Of a stretch of 64,000 bases of DNA, positions 39,761 through 52,152 are shown piece by piece (the first letter of the stretch is position 1; each line of letters opens with the position of its first letter). This DNA comes from Phoronis australis (lineage: Eukaryota > Animalia > Phoronida), in the NCBI GenBank assembly GCA_002633005.1, contig NMRA01000318.1, forward strand, positions 361,895 through 425,894. The letters run 5' to 3'. Both the position numbers and the translations under genes were made by a program. The notes under the pieces were generated by a model, which had not been told where the DNA came from, did no database searches, and saw nothing but the letters and a program-made list of their open reading frames with translations.

Positions 39761-42700
39761 GTGACTTTCGTTTCGACTTGACCGTTTTGAATTCATCCTG
39801 AGATGAACTTGCAGAACGACCGATCTCATCTAGCTGAGAACCTGTAGCGGAAGTGCCATATTCACTCCCATGAGCTTGTGGTTCATTTGTTGCATTTGGA
39901 TGAGGTTGTTGCTCTACGGCTTCTGTGGGTGTTGGGTTTTTGGAGAGTCCGTATGCCACTGGGCCTGACCAAGTAAATCCAATGTAAAAATAGACCTTGT
40001 TGAATCTCCAAGTATGGTAAGGTGCTGGAACGGCAGACGGTATTTTCAATGTTTCGTCTTTCCAATGAAATCGTAACTCGACTACTCCCAACTTATCACT
40101 GACTCGCCCTTCAAATCGATGAAGATTATCTCGCACAACACTTGAATTCCAAAAGTTTTTACCATAGTAGTCAAATCCACTGTCCGTGCACATGTATCGT
40201 TGCATTTCCGTGCCCTTGGCAAGAAAGAAAACATTTTTTTGTTTGATACCACAACTTAAAGTTTCGTCTCTTTTAAGAAATGGGAATTTTTTGTCGTATT
40301 CTGTCTTCCACTGTTGTATAACATCTTTCAGAGGTGAAGGAACTTGATCGTGGTTAGCTTCACTTTTTTTGTCTTCTGAGCTGGGCCAGTTCAACATAAC
40401 ATAGAACAGATACGGCTCAAGAAATATTGGTGAACTGGGCAGGGTTCCCCTTTCTTCATAAAGCATATGACTCCACTTAACCATCTGAGAGAAAGGAACA
40501 TCAGTATCTTTGATCTTCCACATAGTAGTCAGTAATAGTTTCGCTCCCAGAATAATCATCAAATCTTTCGAAGACCTTCCCTCAGACTCTAAGCTATCAT
40601 ATATCAACTTGCTGATAGACTGTACTTTTTCTGCGGCCTTAAGTTTCGCCATACTAGAAAAAGAAAAGGAGTTACCACACAATCTTATAGCCCGTCTTCG
40701 TCTGTATTCACATTTTCCCAATTCGTCTAATGACTCCGGAACTTCGTCACTATCTTCTCCAAAATAAACTTTTAATTCTCCTTTGTACTTTTCAATTTCA
40801 GTTTGATCCATATATTTCTGCTTCTTCTGGTTGTCATCAAGGTATTCTTCTCTCAGCTGACTTTCCAGGTCCTCAACATCATGAAGCGTTTTTTCTACAA
40901 TTGGCCCAAGATCTTTCAGTCTGACCACCAGGTTTTGTCCGTTGGCGTTTTTCCATGGCGAAAGTGATTCAGGACAAAATTCTTGGTCAACAATGAACAT
41001 ATGAAAAGCATCCTTTTTCTTTAGCCCTTTAACACACTCCAAAAACTTCAACAGCTTTAGTGTAGTATCTAACTCACCTGCGTAACATGACAAGTTAATT
41101 AAACCATCGAAGTACTCCTGTTTTCTACAGGTTTGTGCATGTTTAAATGCCTCGATAGCTTTAAAAGCTATTTCTATGGCTTTAATCATACTGGTTGGGT
41201 CCAATGTCGCCTTTCCTTTCTTTGCCATTTCTGATGATTCATGAACGAAATGGGATTTATGCACCTGGCCGAGAGTGTTGTGAAAATAAGAACTCTCGGG
41301 AATCTTCTTTAAGCCCTCTTCTGCAAATTTTAGAGCTGATGCAAAATTGTTGTTGTAATGCAGGTAAAATCTTGCAACCTGCTGTGCAATATATGGATCT
41401 TGATTAAAGGTTTGGTACCCTTTTTGCAACATTGTGGCTGCTTTCTGGTGGGACTCTTTCGACACAACATATTCAATTAAAGGAGAAAACTTGGACCTTT
41501 GTTCTGTTTCTTCATAAAAAACACGTTTCTTCAAGACGTCTCGAACAATGGATTGCAAAGATTTCATGTGAGAACTGTTGCCATGACGTGAAAAGATCTC
41601 TTTGCGATTGAGAAACTCTGACATTATTTGACTGACAGGCTGGTGTTTGGTGAACATGTCACGGATTTCTTCGGCTAGAATTCTATTACATGTGGTCAAA
41701 CCATTCTGATAACTAATGTACTCATCTGTAGATTCAATAACTAATAACTTCCAACCATCGCTAGTGTTTCTTTCCCACTGCATTTTGTGGCGCCCAGTCC
41801 TCACAGCGCGCTGTTTTGTCGGATGCATTATACCAAATGCAAAGCTCCTAGCAGTAGTCACCTCCTTGTTCATGAGAGAATCAAAAACGGCAGTTGGAAT
41901 AGCTCTGAAGTCTTGGTCGAAGCAATTTAAAATCGCCAAATATTTCAAGGCTTTTCGTTCTTTCTCATCTGTCATTTTAGAAACAAGGTCTGTTACAACT
42001 GCTTTAATTGCTTTGCGATCAAAGTTTGTTTTCATAACATTTAATGAAAACAACATTTTCGGGTCAAACCCTTGCTTGGTTTTATGTTTTTTCTCAAGCT
42101 CCTTGTACTTGCGCAAGAACCAATCCAACTCTTTTGGGTAAAGCTTGTGACTCAAGACCAATTCCATGTCACGTTTAATAACAGTTTGACGTCTGCATAT
42201 TAGTACAACAACGCTGAATTTTTCAAGGCATCCCGTTTCTATGTTTTCTAATTCTTCATTTCTCAACTCTCTCTTGGCCAGTTTTGCTTCTGACTCCATT
42301 TCCATCCTAAATGAGCGTATTTTCTGCGGATCTTCATTGTCGTCAACTAGTATGAGAACTGGGCGGCATACACTTTCGTCATCTTCTCCAAATTTCCTGA
42401 GATTGAAGACGTGTTTGCTTGTCTGGAATGGAATTATCTCTTTGACAATAGCACACCTGTATTGCTTTCTCAGGTCCCATAGTACATGTCTGCTGGTTGT
42501 TGTTCCTCCTGCTCCAGGCTGATGGTACAAATTGATGACACCAACACAATCTCCGTCAACATGATCGGATCTCTTGCCTTCAAGCGCACTTGCAACAATA
42601 TTCTTCAATTTGGTGTGAATGTTTCGCTCACACACATGTCCATCAAAAGCAAAATTTTTCCAACTTACTTTTCCACCCCTGTAAAAACGTTCTTCTTCTT

Positions 42701-44488
42701 CCTTTTTAACTTTATCAATATCTCTCTCTTTACTCAAAATTTCTAATTCTTGCTCAAAGTTATCAATGCCTACCACTTCGAGAGATGTCAAATCTTTCTT
42801 CTCGCTAAGTTTAATGTTGCCTTTAGTAGACGGAATGTTGCAATCCACATTGACATTTGGTTTCACGAGAAGTTTTATTTGTTCTGAAAAGAGATGCCAT
42901 GGTAATCCAACAATGTTGTTCTTGAAAAGAGCGTCATCATTCTCATTTTTATACGTTCGTTTAACGATTTCTGTGTTCCAAGCATTCTCCAAACTTTCGT
43001 CTTCACACAAAACACACCACTGATTTGGAAAAGCTCTATCGATTTCTGGAAACATATCCAACATTATCGTAAAGTTTTCAGACGCAAGTGAAAACACAAT
43101 AACTGCACGGTCAGCTGGTATTTCATTTTTCAACATAGAAACCGCTTTTCGTAAACTGTCAGTGTTCGCGTTACGCCAAGACGGAAGATCAGTAATACTT
43201 CCCACTCCATTGTGGCCATTCATTAGAATCCAAGGTTTTGTGCTGTGTGTAAGAACTTTGTCGTCGTCTTTAGACCCTAATTCCTCAAGCTTTCGCATAG
43301 TAATTGGTTCGTTTCTGCTTTCCAGAGCACTGCATAACTTACTTTCCGTATCAAAATCAAAAACTGCTTTCCAATCTATATCACCGACAAAGGAAAACTT
43401 TTCTAGAATACCATCATCCGCTAGTTTACTTGGCAACGAGCTTAAAACGAGAATAGGAAACAATCCCTCATTGATAGTGCCATTTCCAAGAGTAAGAGCG
43501 TCCATGATTTGTTCACGTTTTTCGATATAAAATGACACTGGCATCGAACCACTGCCTTTCTCAGCATCATTTCTCGCTGCTCGAAGAACAGATCTGAACT
43601 TCAAAAACTGCTTCTGATCAGCACCTTCCAGTTTTTTTGTGACTTTTTGAATCAAGGCAAATAAAAATAATCGCGTAGACTGTGGTAATGTGACAAAAAC
43701 TTCTTCAACATCTGACTTTGCGTCAACAGTAATTTCTACCAGCTTCAAATTGTCTTTTCCATCATCAACGTCAACCAAATATGGCTCTGAGATGAGACCA
43801 GAAACTGTATCACGCTGATCATCTACAAAATGCTGAAGAATTCGTTGCTTTAGATCACTCATCGATTCAGTGGAAATGGGAAGTCCTTCGATTGTACCAC
43901 TCCCGTCTTTGTTGGACCGTATTCCGAAATGGAGGACGGCGTTTTGATATGAATTTAAACAACCAGCAATTGTACTAACTGCTTCACGGATGGACGGTAC
44001 GCCAAACATATCATCCCTGTTTCTACAACCAATGAATACATCAACTGGACAAAGAAGGCCTTTTTCTTCAGATGACGGAAAAACTGCCTTTGTTTTATAT
44101 TTGGCCACACTAGGAGGTTCATCAACCTTCTGCACAAGCGCTGTAGTGATATCCAGTTCAGCTGGACGGCGCTCAACCTGTTTCTTTGGAGCATCATGGG
44201 ATAGTACAGTGGTGGACAGACCTTTTTTCCAATTTGACTTGATTTTAAGTTTCGTTCCTATAAGCAGTTCGGGAAAATATTTATTCATCACCACCTCGTA
44301 ACTCTGGATATCACTAGAGGTCAATTCCTCCATTGCATTTCCATCAAACTCTAATGTTTCGAATTTTTGGGCATCATTTTCCCTGAGTTGGCAGGTGAAT
44401 ATCAACCAATCCTTTACTTGTGAAGGAGACATTGAAGCCAATTCCAACTTTTTAATTTCTTCTGTCCTTTGGTTTTTGGGTTCTTCAG
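39761..44488 (-). CDS. SAMD9L: SAMD9/SAMD9L-family protein, main exon (SAM, AlbA_2, SIR2-like, STAND P-loop NTPase, TPR, OB-fold)
   Basis: 1591-aa ORF with family motifs: SAM (QVKDWL...FDGNAM), AlbA_2 (IAGCLNSYQNAVLHFGI), IDWKAVFDFD, FYRGGKVSWKNF, Walker A-like LYHQPGAGGTT, Walker B PVLILVDD, EPYLFYVMLNWP and C-terminal VYFYIGFTWSGPVAY. Acceptor tttatag|CT at 44488; probable donor TCAC|gtaagt at 39761 (read-through stop at 39672). Confidence 0.92.
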
Positions 44489-46297
44489 CTATAAAGCCAA
44501 CAAAAATTTCATTACCTATGTTTTAACACCCATGGCAATACTGAATGTACCATTCCAAGTATGTGATTATCAGACCAGTGTACCATCAAAACTACATTTG
44601 TCGATTGAGTACTTTGGACGCCAGGTTGCAGATTTTTCAGTAAATTCGCACATTTTCGTGTACATACTTTTCTGCATGTTAGCCTGATTGAAATTGTGTT
44701 CAGCTGGTACTTTTCCTGGTTACTTACCTTTGAAATAGTTTTTAAAATACACTTAGTTATATGACCACCGATTTTAAGAATTATCTAAGGTTTTTAGTTG
44801 GTGGACCACGCTTACTGTACTGAAAGGATCCAGTTAATCAATAGAAAGGTTCCTTTAGTTACTTAAGTTAAATAATTATGAATTCATGTTAATACATGGC
44901 GTGTAATATACCAACCATTCACAAAGTTTGGAATATTATTCATTGCGAGAGTCAATGAACAAGTGCTATCGTACTGTCTGACAACTTTTGATACGTGATA
45001 TTGTTGGTATTACAAAGTTCTACCTGATAATATGTCTAGAAACATAAGTGACCAAAATCTCAGTTAAAATGTACTCAGTGCATTTAATTTTCAGGTTGCG
45101 AGGTACTTAATAGTATAAACTATCACTAAACCACTTAGATCGTCTTTAAGTATAGCTTTATTACTCATCAACCATAACAAGTTGGGATGAAATTTGAAAA
45201 CTTTTGCCAAGTCAAGTAAATTGGCAAATGTGACTACCGTAATCGTTCGGGTTAACGCCCTGGGCGGTTAAATTGGCGAATCCAAAAAATCGGGGGAGAG
45301 CGGTTAACCGAGCAGTGGGCGGTTAAATCGAAAATCCACCTAAAGTAGGGGATGGGTGGTTAACCGAACATGGGCGCTTATTACGACAGACAACCGCCCT
45401 GGGCGGTTAATCTTACCTGACGATCTAAATCCCGACACAACAATCATACTCAGAATGCGTAGCCCTTTTCAAAGAGCTTTATCGTCACGTCGCTAAATGA
45501 CTGTGAAAACATAACAGCGGATTATCCCAACAGAGGTTCTCTTGCCCTCAGATTAGTCATTCATTATTAAATTTACAAAATTGCTGAGTAATAGCCCCGT
45601 GCCGTCCTGCGGTGCGCAGACGACCAGTGACCACGCAGCCTCCACTAGAATTAAAACTGTTTCAAGATGTGACCCTGCTTAAGTGCGCGCGTGCAAGCTT
45701 CACGTGTTGCAGAGGTCAGACATCAAATTTATGGTTACAGTCACATACTATATGTAGCTGTCAAGTTCTGACTCAGAGAGCAGTTTTAAAATTGGTTGTA
45801 ATAAAACTTTGAAGAACTTAACTCTGCTGTTTTTTTGTGTTTGGGATGTTATAGTCGACATTCCGTGACTCAATGACATTTTCAGCGTATGGTTCTGCGG
45901 CTAGCTGTTTTATCTCGACAGCTCGGCATTGCTCTCTTGCCGTTGCACCAAACATGCTATGCAAAGAAGTAAGACAAGGATCGGGGTTGGTCGAGCCAGT
46001 CGTCGATCAAGAACAAAATTTCAAGCAACTGCATAAATATGTTACAAAATGTCAGAAAACAGCAATGTTTCAATTCATTATTCTAAACGATCTCCTTACC
46101 AAACTTCGTGGTGGAAAAACATTTATTTTTCATGCAAGATGTCCAGATTATCCTATTTATATCACTTGTAATATCGCACTGCGGCACTGTTCGGTCCCGC
46201 TGTTATCGCGCAATGTCTCAGTCAGCTGACAATCGTGACTTGGAAATGCCGTCAAGTAATATAACGGCCTGACTTTCAATATGCATCGCGTTTTTTA

Positions 46298-46394
46298 CAC
46301 AGGCGTCCTCAGCTTCTGATCGTCCTCAATACACTACATATAATACTACTATATGTAGTGTATTGGGGACGATCAGAAGATGAGGACGCCTGTG
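46298..46394. mobile_element. 97-bp palindromic MITE with 8-bp TSD (hAT or P superfamily)
   Basis: 45-bp arms CACAGGCGTCCTCA... with 2 mismatches. GTTTTTTA is duplicated on both sides. The insert is absent from the homologous opposite arm at ~48040. Confidence 0.88.
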
Positions 46395-48586
46395 GTTTTT
46401 TATGGCCAAAGACAGTCACGTGGCGGTATTCAGCACGCACGTAGTAGGGTCTACGTGTGAGTCACCTGTCAATCACATGTTGGGGTCAAGGTAACATGCA
46501 CTCCAAAGTGTGGGAACTTGCGCACGTGCACCACTACAAATCAATCACACATAGCGACAGTCCGAAGTAACAAAAACGGGCGTGACTATGTGCTTTTAAG
46601 CTGTTGTTACGAAAGACCCAGTTCTTTACAATATTCCTCCGTTGCCAATGTTCCCCAAAACTGCGATGTCAAGTCTATTGCCATATTTCCCGGCTCGATG
46701 CTCCCTAAGCCCATCCCTTTAACTAGTTGTGTGAACTAATCATCTACCCACTATCGTCAAGTAGTCTACGTCGTAGATATTTCAGACTGTTTCCAGTTAA
46801 GCGCCCACCTCTCGGTTAAGCGCCCATCCCCGACTTTTAAAGAATGAAGATTTAGCGCCTAGTGCTAAGGAAAAGCGCAAGCGCGATTCCCCGACTTTCA
46901 GGAAAAGATCGATGATCTCAATGAGTGCAACGACGCCGGGACTCCGAGACGGTGGTTTAGCAATCTGAATTACAATACAGGTAACGAGTTACTGTCTTGG
47001 GTCATGAACTCACTTCAAAATATAATACTTGGACCTTTTTGTCACTTTATTTTCTTCCCTAGTTTGCAAAGTTTAAGAACGCTGCCGGCGTGAAAACCTC
47101 CGCTTTCAGCGACTTTGTCTACCGCGCTGAGTGTCCGTCTGCAGTGCATTAGATAAAACATATATTTGAAAAACTCAGGCCAGAGAAATGTGACAATGGT
47201 TTTGCCAACCCTCCAAATTCTATTAAGGTGGGAAGCTCTCGTATTTTGAACAAATCTCACAACTCAAGGAAAGATGTCAAATTCTCAATATTTTGATGAA
47301 TATAACTGCCGGGTTATAGAGGATGTGGGGCGACCGAAGGGACAGTACAAGTGCCTTACTGGGTTACCGATTTTGTTGCTGCTTGTCGATTTCTGGATTC
47401 AAACGTAATAATGTATGTTTGTGTATGATCTTGAAGTAATAAAAAACCGCTAGTCAAATTTTGTTTTTCGCTTATTGCATCTCAGTCAAACTGGTTAGCA
47501 GATTTAAAACTAATGTCGCTGGCTGTTCTATACTATTTCTTGCGTCAGCCCCCACATAAGCATGACTGTGTGAATTATCGTTTCCACATGCCCTTTTTAG
47601 CCATCCGGAATAATTTTGTTTACACGTTGGCCATTTTCAGTCTGAACAAAAATTCTTACCATTCGAGTCCGAAATATCTACGACGTAGACTGCTTGACGA
47701 TAGTGGGTAGGAGATTCACAGCTAGTTACAGGGATGGGCTTAGGGAGCATCGAGCCGGGAAATATGGCAATAGACTTGACATCGCAGTTTTGAGGAACAT
47801 TGGCAACGGACGAATATCGTAAAGAACTGGGTCTTTCGTAACAACAGCTTAAAAGCACATAGTCACGCCCGTTTTTGTTACTTCAGACTGTCGCTATGTG
47901 TGACTGATTTGTAGTGGTGCACGTGCGCAAGTTCCCACACTTTGGAGTGCATGTTACCTTGACACCAACATGTGATTGACAGGTGACTCACACGTAGGCC
48001 CTACGTGCGTGCTGAATACCGCCACTATCTTTGGCCATAAAAAACGAGATACATATTGAAAGAGGCCATTATATTACTTGACGGCATTTATAAGTGACGA
48101 TTGTCAGCCGACTGAGACATTGCGCGATAACAGCGGGACCGAACAGTGCCGCAGTGTGATATTACAAGTGATATAAATAGGATAATCTGGACATCTTGCA
48201 TGAAAAATAAATGTTTTTCTACCACGAAATTTGGTAAGGTGATCTTTTAGAATAATGAATTGAAACATTGCTGTTTTCTGACATTTTGTAACATAATTAT
48301 GCAGTTGCTTCAAATTTTATTCTTGATCGACGACTGGCTCGACCACCCTAGATCCTTGTCTTATTTCTGTGCATAGCATGTTTGGTGCAACGGCAAGAGA
48401 GCAATGTCGGGCTGTCGAGATAAGACAGCTAGCCGCAGAACCATACTCTGAAAATCTCATTGAGTCACGGAGTGTTGACTATAACATCCCAAACACAAAA
48501 AGCAGGAGAGTTAAGTTTTTCAAACTTTTATTACAACCAATTTTAAAACTGCTCTCTGAGTCAGAACTTGACAGCTACATATACTA

Positions 48587-49883
48587 CCGTAATCGTTCGG
48601 GTTAACGCCCATGCTCAGTTAACCGCCCACCCCCTACTTTAGGTGAATTTCGATTTAACCGCCCACTGCTCGGTTAACCGCCCCCCTGCTATTTTTGAAG
48701 ATTTCCAATTAACCGCCCCCTGCTCGGTTAACCGCCCATCCCCTACTTTTGACGATTGGTGATTACCGCCCTGTGCTAATAGAAAACGCGAATCCCCGAC
48801 CTTTTAGATTAAGATCGATAACATTGAGTGCAACGACGGCCTTAGAGACCGCGGTTTAGCAATGTGAATTATGATACCAGTAACAAATTATTGTAACGGG
48901 TCATCGATTAACTTCAAAATGTAATACTTGAACACTTTGTCACTTTCTTTTCTTCTCATGTTCGCAAACTTTAGGAACCGCGCTGGCGTCTACACCTCCA
49001 CTTTCAGCCACAATCTCTGCCGCACTGAGTTATCGACTACAGTGCACTATATAAAAGANTAAATGTTTTTCCACCACGAACTTTGGTAAGGTGATCGTCT
49101 AAGAATGAATTGAAACATTGCTGTTTTGTGACGTTTTATCACATATTTATGCCGTGGCTCGAAATTTTGTTCTTGATTGACGAGTGGCTCACGACCGCTT
49201 AACCCCGATTCTTGTCTTACTTCTTTGCCGAGCATGTTTTGCGCAACGGCAAGTGAGCAATGCCGGGCAGTCGAGATAAAACAGCTGGCCGTAGAACCAT
49301 ACGCAGAAAATGTCATTGAGTCACGGAGTGTCGACTATAAACATCCCAAACACAAAAAACATCAAACTTTTATTACAACTGCTCTCCATGAACTTGACAG
49401 CTAGCACGAGGTGCACTTTAGCAAGATCACATCTTGAAATAGTAGCAATCAAAGTTGAGGCTGCGTGGTCACTGATCGTCTGCGCTCTACAGGGCAAAGT
49501 AACAAGACCGCAGGACAGCACGGGGCTATTACTCAGCAATTCTGTAAATTTAATAGTGAATAACTAATCTGAGGGCAATAGGACCTTTGTTGGGATCATC
49601 CGCTGTTATGACATGTTTTTGTCATGTGGCGAGGTGACGTTAAAGCTCTTTGAAAAATGCTACAGGTTCCGAGTACGTGTGTGCTGTGGGGACTCAGATC
49701 ACGAGGTAAGATTAACCGCCCAGGGCGGTTGCTTGTCGTAATAAGCGCCTATGTTCAGTTAACCGCCCACCCTGAATTTCTTGAAATTTCACGTTTAAGC
49801 GCCCATGTCTGGTTAACCCCCCACCCCCGATTTTTTGGGTTCGCCAATTTAACCGCCCAGGGCGTTAACCCGAACGATTACGG
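48587..49883. mobile_element. Nested 1.3-kb MITE of the same TA-target family
   Basis: 24-bp TIR CCGTAATCGTTCGGGTTAACGCCC at both ends, TA flanks, GGTTAACCGCCC subterminal repeats. The empty site is visible in the left arm at ~45745. Confidence 0.88.
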
Positions 49884-51134
49884 TAGTACGGGACTGTAAC
49901 AAATACCATAAATTTGATGTCTGACCTCTGCAACACGTGAAGCTAGCACGCGCGCACTTAAGCAGGGTCACATCTTGAAACAGTTTTAATTCTAGTGGAG
50001 GCTGCGTGGTCACTGGTCATCTGCGCACCGAATGACAGCACGGGGCTATTACTCAGCAATTTTGTAAATTTAATAGTGAATGACTAATCTGAGGGCAAGA
50101 GAACCTTTGTTGGGATCATCCGCTGTTATGATGTTTTCACAGTCATTTGGCGACGTGACGATAAAGCTTTTTGAAAAGGGCTACGCGTTATGATTGTCAT
50201 GTCGGGATTTAGATCGCCAGGTAAGATTAACCGCCCAGGGTGGTTGTCTGTCGTAATAAGCGCCCATGTTCGGTTAACTGCCCGTCCTCTACTTTAGGTG
50301 GATTTTCGATTGAACTGCCCACTGCTCGGTTAACCGCCCTCCCCCGATTTTTTTGATTCGCCAATTTAACCGCCCAGGGTGTTAACCCGAATGATTACGG
50401 TATGTTTAAATTTCCACAAATTTGCCGTCTATACCATTATTCCATTCTATGCTATTATTAATTTTTTTCGACAATTTCCGGTCTATGCTATTATTCTACT
50501 TTTCTAGTGGCAAAAATGTTGGGTCTATACTATTATTAGAGTCTCTACTGAAAATCGTGAAATTTTCCAGTCAATACTATTATTGCTGTCTCTACTACTA
50601 TTCGCAACTCCAGAGTACTGCATTAGCGATGACTCCAAGGCAATAAAACACTGGCTGAAATAAACCAAACTATCATGGAGTAAAACTGATATTTTTTCTA
50701 TCAAATTTGGTTTCCGAAATTGAAATCTCCATGGAAAATTTTGTTATTGTCGTTCGTTTCCGAAGAAATACGATAAATATTGGCCAAATACGATGTCATT
50801 GTTGTTCTTACAAAGGGAAGTGTGTTTACTGTAATGTCAGATAAAAATTGTTTTATGAGTGTCAAGAAAATAATGCAGGAACGCTTTAAAGATAAAAACT
50901 TGTTACCTGATCCTGGAAACTCCTTTTGTGTGAACAAGTTGAAATTGTACGCTGTACATTTTCTACTATATCATTAAACTACTCATGTTCAAAAAACCAT
51001 GGAAAGTACATCAGGACTCATCTACAAGGTCTACCTGGCACATTTGATAGAATTTCATTCACACAATCCGAGAAGGAAGGCGTTAAGTGTGTAAATGGTT
51101 TTCCTCCGTGTGACAAATACCTTGCAAACTCATG

Positions 51135-51305
51135 AAATATGACAATGTAAAATGTAACAATGGTACATTCCACATAAATTGTAACAATTCATAAAATGTA
51201 ACAACTTGTTACATTTTAGGAGAAGCCTAGCAACAAAAAATGTAACAATAACATAAAATGTAACAGTTATTACATTTTACGAAATTGTTACATTTTACAG
51301 CCTAT
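51135..51305. repeat. AAAATGTAACA subterminal-type repeats in both orientations (DNA transposon end relic)
   Basis: Multiple AAATGTAACA / TGTTACATTTT copies. Confidence 0.5.
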
Positions 51306-51539
51306 CAAAGCCTTAACACCCAACAAGCTTGGAATTCCATAAAATAGGGGAATATTAGGGAATAAAAGCAAATGAATATTCAAAAAGTTCACTGAGTGTT
51401 TCATGCATTTTCCAGTTCTTACGCAAACATTTTCCTTCGAAAAATGTGGTTAGACCCCCCCTTACTATATCCTGGATATGCCAGTCACCATAGCTGGGAC
51501 TGCTGGAGATTCTAAATACACTTTATTTTGCTTTCTTAC

Positions 51540-51834
51540 CTACGACAGGATCGTAACCTTCAAAAGATGTCTTGTCAAGCAATTCCGCCAAATGTGATGC
51601 CATTTCTGACAATGCTTTGTATAATGCTTTGTAAGCGTCGTCTCCTTTTTGGCAAATAAACTTTAAGAGTAACTCATTTTTATGTTGAGTAGTTTCTCTA
51701 CATTCGATCCTCTCTTTCTGATCTTCCGACAAAATATTTTCTTGGTACAATGTGTTCACCACCTCGTACGTGGGAATATCCTTGAGAAGATTCAGGTGAT
51801 TTCTTTTCAGTCTCCACAGCTTCTGTGAATTCAT
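51540..51834 (-). CDS. CARD (death-fold) exon, probable first coding exon of the SAMD9-like gene
   Basis: MNSQKLWRLKRNHLNLLKDI...VVNTLYQENILSEDQKERI...KNELLLKFICQKGDDAYKALYKALSE...HLAELL is a typical CARD pattern. Acceptor ctgcag|GTG at 51840, ATG at 51834, donor GTAG|gtaag in phase 1, matching the 44488 acceptor. Confidence 0.85.
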
Positions 51835-52152
51835 GTTCACCTGCAGAGTATGAAGTGTAACAATATTAATTAAACAAGCAGTTTCGAGGGCATTCGTCGT
51901 TGCTTATAGCACCAAATTGCTCACCAGAAAATGAAACACTGAGCAAATAAACAATCACCACTGAGAGCACCACGTCTGCAATTCCACGTACCCATCCTCA
52001 ACCAAACAGTGACAATAGGCCTGGTGCCTGCGTACATACACTCTATGACTGATGTTGCATTTGCATGAATTTGGTAATTTTTTTTCTTCGTGGTGAGCAT
52101 GTTTGCCTGCATATTGTATTTTGCACATGACAGCTGGCGAACATGACCTCAC

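Larger units (their letters stand above)
45237..50400. mobile_element. Foldback-like composite of a TA-target (Tc1/mariner-pogo/Tc2-like) non-autonomous transposon
   Basis: TA|CCGTAATCGTTCGGGTTAAC ... GTTAACCCGAATGATTACGG|TA. The left arm 45237-46790 is the reverse complement of 47665-48585 plus 49884-50400. Confidence 0.85.

Noticed and set aside
45873-49404. Repeated similar ORFs (MTFSAYGS..., ...CCYERPSSL...)
   Set aside because: Chance frames in the duplicated non-coding arms of the MITE complex, with no transposase motifs.
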